Origin: the human T2T-CHM13v2.0 reference genome, Homo sapiens
Length of the DNA stretch: 64,000 bases
Assembly (NCBI RefSeq): GCF_009914755.1
Contig: NC_060927.1
Reading direction: 5' to 3' (one strand)
Below the pieces are notes generated by a model, which saw nothing but the letters and a program-made list of their open reading frames with translations, was not told where the DNA came from and did no database searches. The translations under genes and the position numbers were made by a program. Of the stretch, positions 13,560-28,670 are shown one piece after another. How positions within the stretch are numbered: the stretch's first letter is position 1; each line of letters begins with the position of its first letter.

Positions 13560-15279
13560 AAGGTGGGTCTTGATGGGGAGCAGGAGTTCATGATGGAGAC
13601 AGTCCAGGAAGAGAAAAAGCCTGCGCTTGAGTCTGGAGAGTCGAAAGGATCTTGGAGTGTTCAGCTGGAGCTTAGGTGCATGGAGTTGGGAAGGCAGGGT
13701 GGGCCCAGTTGAGAACGCCTTGTATATCAGTGTGACAAGTGTGTACGCCATCCCCTGGGCAGGGGGGAGTCCATAGTGATTTTCAGCAGGGGAACGCCGT
13801 CGTGTGGGTGGTGCATTGCATGGATACTTTGCTGGCAGGTGGAGAACGGAGGGGATGGAGGGATGGGAAGCTGGGAGATTCGTGAAGAGATGGTTGTAGT
13901 GGTCCCCTTAAGAGAGGATGACCAACCTGGGGCTGTGGCTGCAGCCAGGGGAGGAGTGGTGTTCTGCCACCAGGATGTACACAGCAACCCTAGTTCTCCA
14001 GCGTTGATGAACTCCAGGGCTAGATTGCATCTGCCTTTGCATTTCTCTTTTCATTCTTTTGTCTTTTACAGTCTGGTCCCAAATAAAAGATTTGAGTTGG
14101 TTTCCAGTAAAAGACATAGCAAGAAATAATAGGAATTCAGTCTTTAAGAGTAAAGGAGACAAGCCGAGTAATGAAGTTGGGGGGAGGTCATTGTATGGGC
14201 CATCCAGACCGAGAATAGCGACTGCCATTGCAGTTCTGGAATCTAGCGCAAAATCTAGCATAAGCATCCCCTCCTTCCTCCTCCCCACCTGTCAGTGCAC
14301 CCCCAGATTCCTTAGAATGCATAAATATTTTGCTGAAGTGATTCTCTAAGAGAGTGAAACCTGACTTTTATGTATTTTTTTTACTACCGTAGACAGCGCT
14401 GCAGCAACAAATAACACATCCTTGTAAAACCAAGGTGATTTACAGCCTCAGCTATCAATGCTCGGTGGGAATGTGACAGAGTTGCAGCTAAGCCTCCTGC
14501 TGACTGGTTCCATTGGTGCTGAGAGCCGCGTGGCTGGATTTTTGGCATATCCTAGCTGTGGTATTCACTGGTATCTTTATATCTGCCTGTAAGCCAGGAG
14601 CCTTCCTGTTATTATGTTTTTGACAAATGAACTCATGCAGAGCTTTCATTAAGTTTCATTGAAAGGACCTAGAAATGCCATGAAAATTATTATAATCTCA
14701 AAACCATCACATCCTAATGCATGTGGCTGTGCTTCTTGTTGAAATTGACTGATGAGAATACTCAGTTTTTAATTTTCTGACTTAAAATAAGACCATCTGC
14801 AGCTGTTTCTTTTAGCAATAATTTTTAATTAAATGCAATAAAATTTACAGGGAAGGACCCTAATAAGAAAATCGTGTCAGGAACGCACTCATTGTAACAT
14901 TACTAGCATGATATTAAGACCCCCAACTATTTTTTTTACCTTGCAGAGCTGTAATGTAGATAAGATCCTGATTAAGTGTTAATCACAATGTGGTTTTACC
15001 TTCATAAAATCAGGGTTTCTCCCCGTAGGAGGTGTGAATATAATTCTCGCTAATAGAAGAGAGTCTTATTGTTGGAGTTCTTCGGTGAAATGTCAGCAGC
15101 AGGTCTCCTTGACCAGCTGAGCCCCAGAAGAGGAGTGAAGTCTTTGTTCCAGCTTGAGTCTGGATTTCCTTGAGGTATTTGGGTCTCACTTTCCCCAGCT
15201 TTTCAAATGGGGATGAGGCTGTCAGGCATAGCATGCAGCCAAAGAGGAGAGTTGTGTTGGTAGTCCATGCATTCCTTGA

Positions 15280-15790
15280 GGACAGATGTGTATCAGGTAC
15301 CTATTCTGAGCCGGGTGCTGCTCTCTGAGCTCCACATACAGCAGTGAACAGACTCCTTGTGCTGGGGAGAGGCAGACAGTAAACAGACTAGTAAGTGAAC
15401 ACGATAATTATAGTTTATGGAAAAGAAGAATAAAAAAATCAATGTGATACAAAGTGACTGGTGGAAGACACACTTTAGACAGGGTGATCAGGGAAGGCTT
15501 CTCTGAAGAGGTGAACTTGAGTGAAACGTGAAGGATGATCAGACATCCCAAGGGGAAGGGCATCCGAGGCAGAGGGAATAGCAGGAGCAAAGGCCCTTTG
15601 TGCTGAGGCTGGAGGCCTTTGTGGGGTTCGTAGAGAGGTAAGGAGGCCAGTGTGGGTGGAGTGCAGAAGGCGATGGGAAGTCGGGTAGGCAGGGACCTTG
15701 TGAAAGATTTGGATTTTACTTGAAAGAGATGCCATTGGAGAGAAGTGTTACGATCCAAAGATACTTGAATTATCTAAGCACTTCAGATCA
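15280..15790 (-). mobile_element. L2 LINE remnant
   Basis: CAGGGAAGGCTTCTCTGAAGAGGTG and GGCAGAGGGAATAGCAGGAGCAAAGGCCC L2 hallmarks. Confidence 0.7.
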
Positions 15791-18684
15791 TTTCTCTGGA
15801 CTTGTATGTTTAGGGTAGGATCAGCAAGTAGTTCAAAACTGTAGCTAAGAGTATTTGCCCTTCCAAGTGGTTCTTGGGGTGTAGAGAGGCTTGGATTTAG
15901 ATTGCAAGTCTTCATCAAGCTGTGTGATTTTTAAGCGGCTGGGTCTCAGGCTGCTCTCCCACCCATGACTGCTCTGGAGTGGTTTGGAACCAGTGGCGCT
16001 GAGGTCCCCCATCTGAGTGCTCTTCCCAGAAGACCATGCTAGTCCAGGGAACCAAGAGGAGACTGGCCCAGCCACACCAGAGGGAGGGTAGGAGGGAATA
16101 AGGTTGGGAAGGCTCTTGAAAAGGAGTGTGTTGAATTTGGATTTGTACCTCCAGGTGAACTGATTTGATCCGTAAGCAGTAGGGAGCTATTCAAAGTTTT
16201 AGAGCAAAGGGTGGGAGGTGCCAAGATCAGCTAGTACTCTAGTACAATTATTGTCAGCTGTGTGGGGTGAAGAAGCCACTACAGAAAGGTGCCCGAACAT
16301 CAAGGGGTCAAGACATGACAACAGGCTTAGCTTCTTGTTCGCCTGTGTAGTGTGGTGGCCTTCCAGCTGTGGCTGCAACACAGTGGCTCAGTGCAGAATA
16401 AACCAGAGCTCTTGCTAGTCTGGAACTTCCCAGTGTCACGGTTCTCAGAGTGGTCAGTGATATTTGGTGGACACAGATGGCAGAACCAGAGAGGCAGCAT
16501 GGCACAGCAAAAAGAGAGAATGAGCTCAAGTCTACCTCCACCCTGACCCCGCCCTCTGATCTGAGCCCCGGTTTTCTCACCTGTACAAGTGGTGGCGACG
16601 GTCTCTTCATCACTGAGCACCGTGAGGAGTCTGAGAGATAATGCAGACACCAGGGCTGAGTCAGGTCTTCAAAAAGAATATTGTCAACCTTGTACTTTCT
16701 GCTGGGAGCTGAGGCAAACAGACACTTTTACGTAAGAGGCTTCATAGAGCTCTCCCTGCACCAGGTGTTGTCACAGACCGTTTGTATGTGTTAACTCAAT
16801 TCATCTGAAAAACCACCCTGAGACATAGATGCTGTTTTTTTGTCTGTACTTAGCAGATCAGAAAACTAGGGTGTAAAGAGGTTAAGGTGAGGACTTAAGG
16901 TCACACAGCTGGTCAGCAACGGAGCGAGAATTTTAACCCAGGCAGTTTCCAGCACCCAGGCTCTCAGCTCTGCTGTGTGGTTCCTTCTTTATGTGCCTCA
17001 TTGTGTGCAATTTGCTGAACGTCCCTTTGGGCATAGTTATCCAGTTTTATTTTTTTAATAGAAGAGAAAACTGAGGTTCAGAGTGGCGGCATGACTTTTA
17101 AGCCAGTAAGAATGATGGAGGTAGGACCAGAGGGAGGATGTCTATAGGAATGGTTCTTGCCTCTTTCTAGTTCATCCCTTTGAGAGCTTCCTGACTCTCC
17201 AGCTGTCAAATAAGGGTACACAGTAGAGTACGAAACTTCAGGATGGAAATTTTCTTAATGCAGGTGTTCAGACTTGGACAGCCTACAGAGACTGTCCATT
17301 TGCCTGGGTTCACATGGCCAGGGAATGATGAAAAACTGTAGAGAAAAAGAACGGCACACACTATTGCAGTAACAAAGGGACAATCTTATGCAGAAGGTTT
17401 ACGCTTCCTTAGATTGCCTGGCTATGCTCGGGATTGGCCCTTGGAGAATTTATTATCCGTGCTTATAATACTCAGGGTCAGCAGGACAATAAACTAATAA
17501 TAATTTCTGAGCGACGAATTAATGTGTTTCATCTCGTTTCCTGAGAATGCCCCAAGACTGTCCAGCCTTCCACAGATGAAGGCAGCCACTGAGCCATGTG
17601 TCGGGGAATTCCGAGCTTGCATCTAAGAATTGTGGTGTTTCCCTGTGTTGGAGAGGCCTGATCTTTGGCTGTTTTCTGGCAAGATGAGTGTCTCCGAGTT
17701 GAGGTTGTTTTTCGGGATGATGTGACTGGTCTCTATGTAAACAGACCCATTCTCTGCATGCACAGGGTTGGGTTAGAGCCCTGGATAGGGCCCAAAATCT
17801 CCAGGTCAAGGCATAACCCAAGAACTTGAAGTTTGAGGCTTTCTTGTAAGATTTTAATTAAGAAAACGACACACGCACACATTAAACGATTCTATCTTAC
17901 AGAATCTGCTCAGGAACCTCCTCTGATACAGTGAGACTTTCTCGCACTGAGAGATGTGTCCAGCAGGGTAGTCTTGTAAGGTAGTGAGCTCCCCATCATG
18001 ATCAGTAATTAAGCACATGAGGCTTGCACAGGCCAGGAAGTTTGAGCTCTTGGGGTCATTTTTGGCTGGCAGATAGCATCCTGAGGAAGCAGGTGGTCCG
18101 CTATAGATACTGCCTCAATGATCCCTGAAGGGTTTCCAGACCCCAAGGCTGGAGAGGCCCGAGGTGACCAGAGGAAGATCCAGTACCAGCTCTGAGGCCA
18201 GTTCTAAAAGGCCCCTCCTGGCACAGTGCAGCAGGGCTTTCATGAAGAGTGCCCGCTTCATCCAGATCCTCTGAAATGCTGGAAGACACACCTGCCGACA
18301 AGCAGCCTCAGAAGGCAGCAGCCCCTGGGTGCTGGTGTGTGAAGTCTGCCTGGGTGTGAAGTCCTGCCTGAGTCAAGGGCCTGGCCAGGTAGAAGGGGTG
18401 GGAAGGGTGGTTATGGGGTCCTCCTTGGGGTTGCCTCCCATGCTTAATCTTGGTGGTTTTCTCAGTTTCTGTTGCAGCGGGATACTTTTTCAAATCTTAC
18501 TTGGAACCCCAACATAGAAACCAAGGGTCTGTTATTGTAATTCTTTTTCATAAGTTCAAGTTTTTAACAATGAATAGGATGCCAATTAATGAGATTGTCA
18601 TGGTGGATAGAAGTCTTGAAAATTGGGAGTTACGGATTGCAGTGCTGCCCGAAGAGCCTGCTGAGGGGCAATGATTTTGTGAAG

Positions 18685-18945
18685 TAGTATATTATGGGAG
18701 AATGCATTCTCTTAGAGTCAGATGGCTGAGTTCAAATCCCAGCTCTGCCACTTACTAGCTGTGTGTCCTTGGGCAAATTACCTAACCTCTCTGTGCCTCA
18801 GTCTCTTCATCTGTTAGAAGAGGGGAAATGACACTAGATAGCTACCTCAAGGAGTTATTGTGAGGACTGAATGAGTTAATGCTTGCAAAGAATTTAGTAA
18901 GAGCCTGGCAGTTTGCAAGTGCTCACTGCACTGGAGCCGTTATTA
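18685..18945 (+). mobile_element. MIR
   Basis: GTTCAAATCCCAGCTCTGCCACTTACTAGCTGTGTG...AACCTCTCTGTGCCTCAG. Confidence 0.85.
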
Positions 18946-19485
18946 CTAACACTATAGCACTGTCTGTATCCATGAGATTCAAACTAGACATTCATGAGTC
19001 CTCACTCACAGGAGCCTAGGGTTTCTGAGGAATGCAGTTTGAACACCCTACGTCATCTCACATAGTCGGGCTTTTGATAAGAGCTATCTGTCAGGTATAC
19101 ATATTTGTAAGTCTTTTTTACCAATAATTTAATCAGACGTTTGCAGAACCCTGTGCCACACACAGTAGGGGAGGTGGAAAATGGCTCCTGTTCATTTTTT
19201 GTTCTGTAGAGGGAGAGAAGCCACAGGCGGGGCATGTAAGAAGCAGTTTAAGGGGTAAATAGCTTTTGGATCTTAAATTCCTGGGTTGTATTTTGTCCCT
19301 TGCCTTCTATTTTACAAGAACGGAAATGAAGTTAACAATGTAAATGGTGAAAGAAGCAAGCTTCAGCAGACCCCGCGATCTGCCACTGCATTATATGTGA
19401 TATCATTAATCCTCCCAACCGCCGTGCAAGACCAGGATCATCAGCCCCATTTTACAGGCAGGAAAACTGAGGCTTTGAGACATCA

Positions 19486-20078
<593 letters not shown>

Positions 20079-22354
20079 TTACAAAGCTTTTTTCTCCCAG
20101 TAAGCACCCTTTGGAAAAGGGAAGACACCAGTTACAGCAAAATTTAAGCAAAGACTTGAAGAAGAACAGGGAGAATTCAGGCAGTTATTTTCCTTGCAAG
20201 GCCATGGGTGAGCCGTTTTCTAGAATGCCTCTCAGTTCCTTGACTGTAAAATGGAGATAACAGGTGGTGGCAAGTGTGCAGTGGCTAAGAACCCATGCCA
20301 GTTGCTTGGTGCAGGGTCTGGCCTGCAGAAGGTTCTCAGCGAAGGTTCTTGGTAATTGTTATTTTGATTGTACCTGATATGAAGAAGGGATCAGAGGAGG
20401 GCAGGAAAAGGGGCCTCTGAAAGACTGAGGGTCTGGGAAATACCAGGGAAGGGGCAGAGATGAAGAGCAGAAAGGAACTCGAGGCTCCAGAGCGCTGTCC
20501 AGGATCACATAGCTGGCAGGTGGCAGAGTCAGACGTAGAACCCAGGGGCATCTGCTGTGAAGCCTCCATGCCACATGTTGCACAAGGAGCCGTGGTGAGA
20601 GCACGGAGACCCTGGGGCTGACCTGGGTCAGGGTGTGGCAGGCCATGACCCCAGTCCTGCTCTGAGGGATAACAAGAGAGAAGGGTGATGTCATATGGCG
20701 AGAGATTGTTCTGGGCCACGCTCCCCGCCCGGGAAGCTCCTTGTAGATGCTGCATCTGGTTTCCAGGGAGGTCCCTGGTTCAAGCCCAAGTTTGCTTGCC
20801 GGCTGGAGGCCAGAGGTCAAGGCTGGGTTCAGAGCTGCAGAGTGAGTCAATGGCTTAGCAACATCAGAGAACTTAGGCAGCTGCTCAGCCTCTGGGGTGA
20901 GGAGACCTGCCTGGTCCCCAAACGCAAATGGTCTCCAGACTCCAGGAGGCCCTGAGGTCTGCATTCAGCAGCACCGTGAGTGAGGAGAGTTCATGCTTTG
21001 CCAGCCTTTGCCCGACTTTTGAGTTTTCTCTGGCTCTCCTGTGTTCCTCAGCCTTGAGGGTGGGAGGTTCAGGATTCCACCCAGGCTGTCTGAACCCCCT
21101 CATTTACAGAGGAGAAACCTGAGGCCAAGAGGGGAAGAGAGAAGTGCTGGGACTTGGTTCCTTGAGTAACCAAGTGGCCACCCTCAGAAAGGCCCAGGAG
21201 AGAGATGGGAGAGGCAGACCCCGATTGCTGATGAGATGTGATTAAAATAAATATGATAGGAAAGTGAGCAATATTCTGGCAGCACAGAAGGAGCAGCCAC
21301 GTGCTTTGAAGAAGAGGCCTCCCTGAGGCACTCGCAGGGTTAACATGGACATTTGAGCAGGGCTCAAAGGGCGAGTAAGAATTTGCGACCTGAAGAAGGG
21401 AAGGAAGGACATTCCAAATGGAAGGGACAGTGGGGACCACATGCACAGAAGCACCCGGGTATAAGGGACCTAGGGTGCACCAAGACCAAGGACACACACA
21501 CAGTGACCAGACTGCAGCAGGGAGGGACAGAAAGGAGGTGAGAGTTCAAGCCCCAAGCTTGAGGGTGTGAAGTGCAGAGAGTCAAAACAGAGGCTGAGAG
21601 TGTTGGTCAGCGGTGGTGCCAAGACTCCCAGCCTGGGGCCCTGCGTGCCCTTGCCATCTTTATTGGCGTGTCCCTGACTCTTTCAGCCCTCACTGAAACT
21701 ATTTGAGGTTAAATAGGAGGCTGCTGTCTCCATGGCTGGAGAAGGGGAAGGTGTGAGTGTAACAAGGTCTTTTGAGGCTGGAGTTTGGCTTGCCTGTAAC
21801 CCCAGGAGGGGCGGTTGCTCAGTTCACGGAGCAGTCATTCATTATCCAGTTGCTTCTAATCCACCATTCCTTGGTGACAGGCAGAAATTAGTTTCCTTCG
21901 AACCTGCTAATTAGAGCTAACGGTTGCGGGGGCTGGGGGGGATGTATTTGGATGGCATTGGCTGGAGGACTAGCCTTCTCTAGGTTTTGCGGCTTTTCAG
22001 AATCCTGCATCTGTCCTCACTCTTTGGCCTGAGGACTACCGGGTTTTTGTATAAAGCCCAGCTCTGTGTGGATCCTGCTTCTCCCACGGAGAGGGGGATA
22101 GGCTGCGAAGTATTTGCAGGCTTTCTGAATCAGCAGTGATTATGCTCATCCACAAAAGTGCTCACGGTGTTCCACAGTTGGGTTTTGGGCTTAGAGCCCT
22201 GAGTCTCTAAGCGTGGAACTGGCCCAGAAAAGGCTCTTTGCTCTCTGCCTCTTGCTGTGTAGCCTTTTTCTTGTGTTTCTTTTTCGGGGCCTCGGTTTCC
22301 CCAGAAATGAAGTGATGAGCTAAGTGATTTCGTAGGGCTGTTCTGAGTCTGACG

Positions 22355-23280
22355 TGACATACTTATTTTCCGTTGCTGCCATGGCAATTTGCCATAAATT
22401 TAGTGGCTTAAGACAACATCTGTTTTTCATCTCCCAGCTCTGTGGGTCAGCAGTCTAGTGGGCTCAGCTGGGTCCTTTACTGAGGGTCTCAGGAGGCCAA
22501 AGTCAGGGTGTGGGCTGGCCTGGGCCCTCATCTAGAGACTGTGGGGAGATTCCAGGCTGTGCCCATTCAGGTCACTAGCTGACGTCCACTCCTGTGGGAC
22601 TGAGGGCCCTGCTTCCCTGTTGGCTGTCACGGGGCTGATCTTTGCCCTGGCTGCAGCCTGCACTCCTTCCCCTGTTTTCTGCATGGACTTCTCCAGTAAT
22701 GGCGGGTTGTGAGTTGACTCTTTCTCGTGCTCTGAATCTGACTCCAGGCAAGTTCTCTGCTTCTAAGGACCTGTGTGATTAGATTGGGCCCACCCAGATA
22801 ACCAAGGGTAAACTCCACGTTATAACCTTCACAACCTTAAGTACGTCTGCAAAGCCCCTTTTGCTAAATGATGCAGAATATTTGTAGTTTCCAGGATTAG
22901 GGAGTGGACATTTTGAGGGCTTTGATTCTGCCTATTACAGTCTTTGATTCTGCCACTGCCATCTGACCCCCCAGTGATTCAGGTCTATCCCAAATGCAAA
23001 ATATATTCAGTCCATCCCAAGGTCCCCAGAGGTCTCATCCTGTGACAGCATCAGCTCAACAAATCTTATTTGAATCTTGTCAGCTCAGAAGTCCTAAGTC
23101 CCATTATTTAAATCCAGTATTGGGTGAGGTTCTGGGTATGACCCATTCTGGCATAATTCCTCTCCATCTATGACCCTGGGAAGCTAAAGAAATAAGTTAT
23201 CTGCTCTTGAAATATAATGGGACCAGTTATAGACTTCCAGTCCAAACAGGGAGAAAATGGAAGGTAAAACAAAGTCAGAT
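22355..23280 (-). mobile_element. MaLR MLT1 LTR (~22355-22940) plus adjacent MLT internal sequence
   Basis: CATAAATTTAGTGGCTTAAGACAAC...GATTAGATTGGGCCCACCCAGATAA...ATTCTGCCTATTACA end; CCCAAATGCAAAATATATTCA internal-type sequence follows. Confidence 0.7.
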
Positions 23281-24116
23281 GACATTGCTGGGGCCTCACA
23301 TCCCTCTCTCCCAAAACTATAGGGAGAAAATGCAATAGAACCAGCAGTTTCCTACCCCCTCTGCCCCCTCCTTACCTCTGTGGGCATTCACTGGCTACAA
23401 GTCCACCTGTTATATTCTGGCCCTGTCTTTGGGGTCTTAGGAATACACAGTTGCACAGCTTTGTACCAGTGGGTTAGAAACAACAGGAAGTTTAATTGAA
23501 ATGCAGCAGAAGGGATCTAGGTTGAAAGGGTAGTGTTTGATTTGAAAAGGGTTTGTTAGCACCAAGAAAGGAAAAGCACATGCTTCCAGCACCTCCTGTC
23601 TGTTTCTCAACACTAGGAAGTGGGAAATGCACAGGCTTCTGGGGACATTTGACCCGTCATTTCTGACCTGGGAGGAATTGGGGGAATTCATTTAACCTTC
23701 CTGAGCCTCAGCCTCCTCGGCTGTAACGTGGAGATGCTGCTGGGTGCCTCACAGAGCTGTCGTGAAGGTCATGTTATGTGAAGGGTGTTTCGTAGACCAC
23801 AGCCAGTGTACAAATAGTAGCTCTATTTGTGGTCTGGAACCTGCTATGCCAGCTGGTGAGGGTAGGGGGTGTCCCAGAAGGTTTGACTGTCGTCAGACCT
23901 TCCCCTCCCCCTTTGGAATGACTCTCACCTCCCCAAGATAATCTGATTAACTAGTGAGTGTATAGAGATCCTGCCCCGGGGGCACAGCACAGGGGCACAG
24001 AGGTCTCAACAATGCGGAGCTCTGCCACAGAGGAGGGGAATGGTGCTGCTAGGACAGTCCAGAGGGAGAGAAATTTGGCAGTCCATTTTGGTTCAAAACC
24101 ATTTTTTAAGAATGTT

Positions 24117-24428
24117 GGCCAGGCGCAGTGGCTCACACCTGTAATCCCAGCACTTTGGGAGGCCGAGGCGGGTGGATCACGAGGTCAGGAGATCGAGACC
24201 ATCCTGGCTAACATGGTGAAACCCAGTCTCTACTAAAAATACAAAAAAATTAGCTGGGCGTGGTGGTGGGCACCTGTAGTCCCAGCTACTCAGGAGGCTG
24301 AGGCAGGAGAATCGCATGAACCTGGGAGGCAGAGCTTGCAGTCAGTCGAGATCGCGCCACTGCATTCCAGCCTGGGCAACTGAGCAAGACTGTCTCAAAA
24401 AACAAACAAACAAACAAACAAACAAACA
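24117..24428 (+). mobile_element. Alu (AluY/Sc-like) with (CAAA)n tail
   Basis: GAGATCGAGACCATCCTGGCTAAC and GAGCTTGCAG. Confidence 0.95.
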
Positions 24429-24600
24429 GTGTTTTACAAAAAGCCACAGGCACTCCCAAAATTCAGATCTGCAGGGAAAAATCAAATCTCACATTCTCAC
24501 ATCACTGAGTCCTGGTTCTCCAGCCCCCTGCCTAGTTACTGCATCCATGTACAGACATGCACAGGTAACACACACACACATTTACACATTTACATTTATG

Positions 24601-25052
<452 letters not shown>

Positions 25053-28000
25053 TAATGACTGCAAGGAATTCCAATATCCAGTCACCTATTGGTAGATATT
25101 GAGTTATTTCCAGCCTTCTGCTACTCTAAAAATGGCTCAATCAGTAGCTTTATCCATATTTACATACATTTGTGAACATATCTGGAGGTAAAAACAAAAA
25201 CCAACCAACCAACCCCACCACAGTGACATAATCATGATGAGCATTGGGTTGTGTTTTGTTTTTGCCATGTGTGAGTGTATATAGTGTGTGTGTTACATGG
25301 ATGTGTCCTGTCGTGCACAAGATCTCTTGCTTATTTTATTTAACTGTGTATTATAAATGCCTATATTTTAAAATAACTTACTAAATTAATAAAAGTTACT
25401 CTCAGCCAGGCGGTGGTAGGCTCAGCAGACACAGCAGTAGCAGGTGACTGCAAATACTCCATTGAATGATTGTGCCCCCGATCAGTGTGCTCCTGTCCTT
25501 TCACGGTGTATTTAGAGTGCTTCTGATATTTGGCTGTTTTGTAAAGAACACTCAGATGCACCCATTTGTAACTGAAGCTTTTCCAGCGTTTGAGTATGTT
25601 TCCATGGGTGAGATGGCAGGGTCAGAAAGGTGCTGTGTGTTGCCAAAGTGCTCTGCAGAGGGGCTGCCTGGCCATCCTGCTCAGCCGGGCCCATCTGAGA
25701 TGGGAACTATGCTGTCACCCAGGGGTGGTGAGGAATCATTGTGAAGATGATTAAGACAAGTGAAGACAGATGGAGTTACCGTCTTAAAGTGTTACATGCA
25801 GGATGAGCATTTACTATTTCTGAGCCACCTCTGTTCAGATGAGGTTGGCATGTGCTTAGGAACATGGGGAGCCGCTGGGTTAAATGCTGCCCTGTCCTGG
25901 TTTGTATCAAATTATGGAGGATTGATGAGTGGAGATGGGTCAGTATGAATAATTCAAGATTCCGAGACACAGAATGGATTACTGGAGAGAGGAAGGAGAT
26001 GAACAGACTTAAGGATCAGGCTTTTTTTTTTTTTTTTAAGGATAAGATTTCAGAAAAGATACAGGAAAAGTCACAGCTATAGGGCATGGGTGTCACTGAC
26101 AATTGTCCTTTCTCCCCTGTCTATAAAGGACATCGGTGGGGGCAGGGCTTTGGAGCAGTCTGCCAGGCTGGGATCTGGGTGCAAAAGGAAGCCCTGTCAC
26201 TGGACAGTGTGAGTGGGGGGTTCCTGCCCCCAGAACACACCTCTCCTGCCTGCTTCCTGCACATTTCCACTCACTCCCTCAAGAGTGCTTGCTCCTGGGG
26301 GTTTAGAAGCCCCCCACCTTCTCTCCCAGGGTGCAGGGTCCAGGCCCTGGCCCTCTGCAGTCCTTTCTTTCCAGCGAGGACTCAGGCAGTTGCCGAGATC
26401 CAGATGTTTGGCTTCCGTCTCTGCTCGGCACAACGCTGTGCCTGAGAGTAAAGTCTGGGGTGTGCTTTTGTCCTGAAAAGGCATCCCAGCTTGGGCAGCT
26501 GCAGCTTTCTGGGACCCAGCGAAGTAGAACTACACGTCCCCATGTTGAAATGCCAAGTTGTCCTCAAACCAACTCAGTGGCGTTCACAGCCAGGCCCTTC
26601 TACCATTTCCCTCTGAGGAGTCCAAGGGGAGCTTCTCCTTAAACCTCAGACCTCAGGACCACAGCCACGTCCCTTGCTCCCTCAACATGTGGCCAGCTGC
26701 CTGGTGGCTGGAAGTGACTTTACTGGGGGACCAGGAACTTCTAAGTGTGGCTTCCTCCCAGATCACCAGGGCCTAGGCACAGGCATGGTCACAGAGACCA
26801 ACCTGGTGCAGGTGTCTAAACCCCCACCGGATCCCCACCCCTGTGCATCTCAGGCTTGGGAGGGTGCACACTCCCTTTCCTCAATGCCAACTCTCCTAGA
26901 CAGGGTTCCAGAGCCCATCTCAGGCCTCTCACACTGGTCAGGACCCATTATTCAGCTTCCCTCTGTTCTCCTCGACATGCCCCTGGCCATGCTTTGCATT
27001 GTACCCTGATGTCCCTTCACTCTTTCTGCATGTTCAGGTCCTCCCCAGGGCACACCCTCTCCCGGAAGACTTTGTGCTATCTGTGGGCAGGTTGTGATAG
27101 CTCTGATGTTGTCTGGATTTTCCCAGCAGCTTCCTTGTCCTTCTCGGATAGCTTTTGGAACCCTCTGCCATCTTCCCTGTTGGTGGCTGTGTGTATGCTT
27201 TCCTGTTGCAATTCCTGCTAGACTGTATTCTCCTAGGGAGCAGGGACTTGTCTCTCTCCTTCTTTCACTGTCTTGCAAGTGTCTTGCTTGTTGGATACTG
27301 TGTGTTGGGTGTGAGAATGGGTGGGTGGTGGGTGGACAGAAAGGTGGGTGTCAAACCCTGGCCCCTCTGTCTGTGCGGTCACCTTGTCTAAGATAGATTG
27401 CTGCAATGAGACCTCTGAGCTGGGCCTCCTCCTCACTGTTGAAATAGAAAACAGAAGTATATTTTTAAGTGTTTGTTATATTTATCAAATGAAGCCTTAT
27501 ATTTCTTGTTCTTAATTTTAAAATCCCGAGAGTTGAATACTTGATATTTCTTCAAGAAAAAGAGAATCTAAATTGAGTTGCTTATTTTCTCATGTTTGAC
27601 ATTTTGCTTGATTTATCTTTTTCTTTTTTAGGCTGTGGCTCTCGATGAAAGGAAGGGTCCCCATCCCAAACTTGGCACAGTACTTGGCACATAGCAGGGT
27701 CTCCATATATAGTGAACGGAATTGCACTGTGATCCACAGCATGAGAGCCCCCTGGGTCTCTGCAGCTTGGAGAGCATCCTCTGCGTGTGGCAAGAGTGGG
27801 TTTTTAGCTCGGGAAAGTCAAGGCTGATGTGCTGTGTCAGATGCCCTTGCTGCCATGGTCTTTTCCTCTTAGCCCTGAAATCAGGGGCTGGGCACCCCCT
27901 TCCCTTTAGACGCTCTCTCAGGGACGGCCACTGAGTCCACCCCAGGCTCTGCGGCAGGCGTTGCTTGCAGTGTGCCATCCAGATGCCAGGTAGCCCTGCT

Positions 28001-28147
28001 TGGTATGCCAGGTGGGCTCTCACTGTTGATAAGGTCACGGCCAGCCCCTCCCCACCAAGGGAGTGGTTTCCATGGACAAGGCACCAGTCTGCTGGCTGGA
28101 AGGAACCCTGGACGCTTGGGCTCTATACCTGTGCATCCCCAGGGTGC

Positions 28148-28480
<333 letters not shown>

Positions 28481-28665
28481 TGAAACTCACAGCAACCCTG
28501 TGAGTTGGAAGGACGGGATTCCTATCCCAACCAGACAAGTGAAGAAACTGAGGCTGACAAAAGCGAAGTGGCTTGTCCAGGGTTGCATAGCTAGGGGAGC
28601 TGGGATTTGAACCTGAATGTCCTGACCCTTTCAGCTGTAACATTTCTCACATCTTAATAGGCATT

Positions 28666-28670
28666 AAAAA

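Noticed and set aside
20359-20964. 201-aa minus-strand ORF (likewise the 206-aa ORF at 32207-32827)
   Set aside because: No homology recognised, no splice or promoter support; chance ORFs in GC-rich intron.
27610-27640. Strong-looking acceptor TTTTTCTTTTTTAG
   Set aside because: No convincing donor or FGD5-like reading frame follows.
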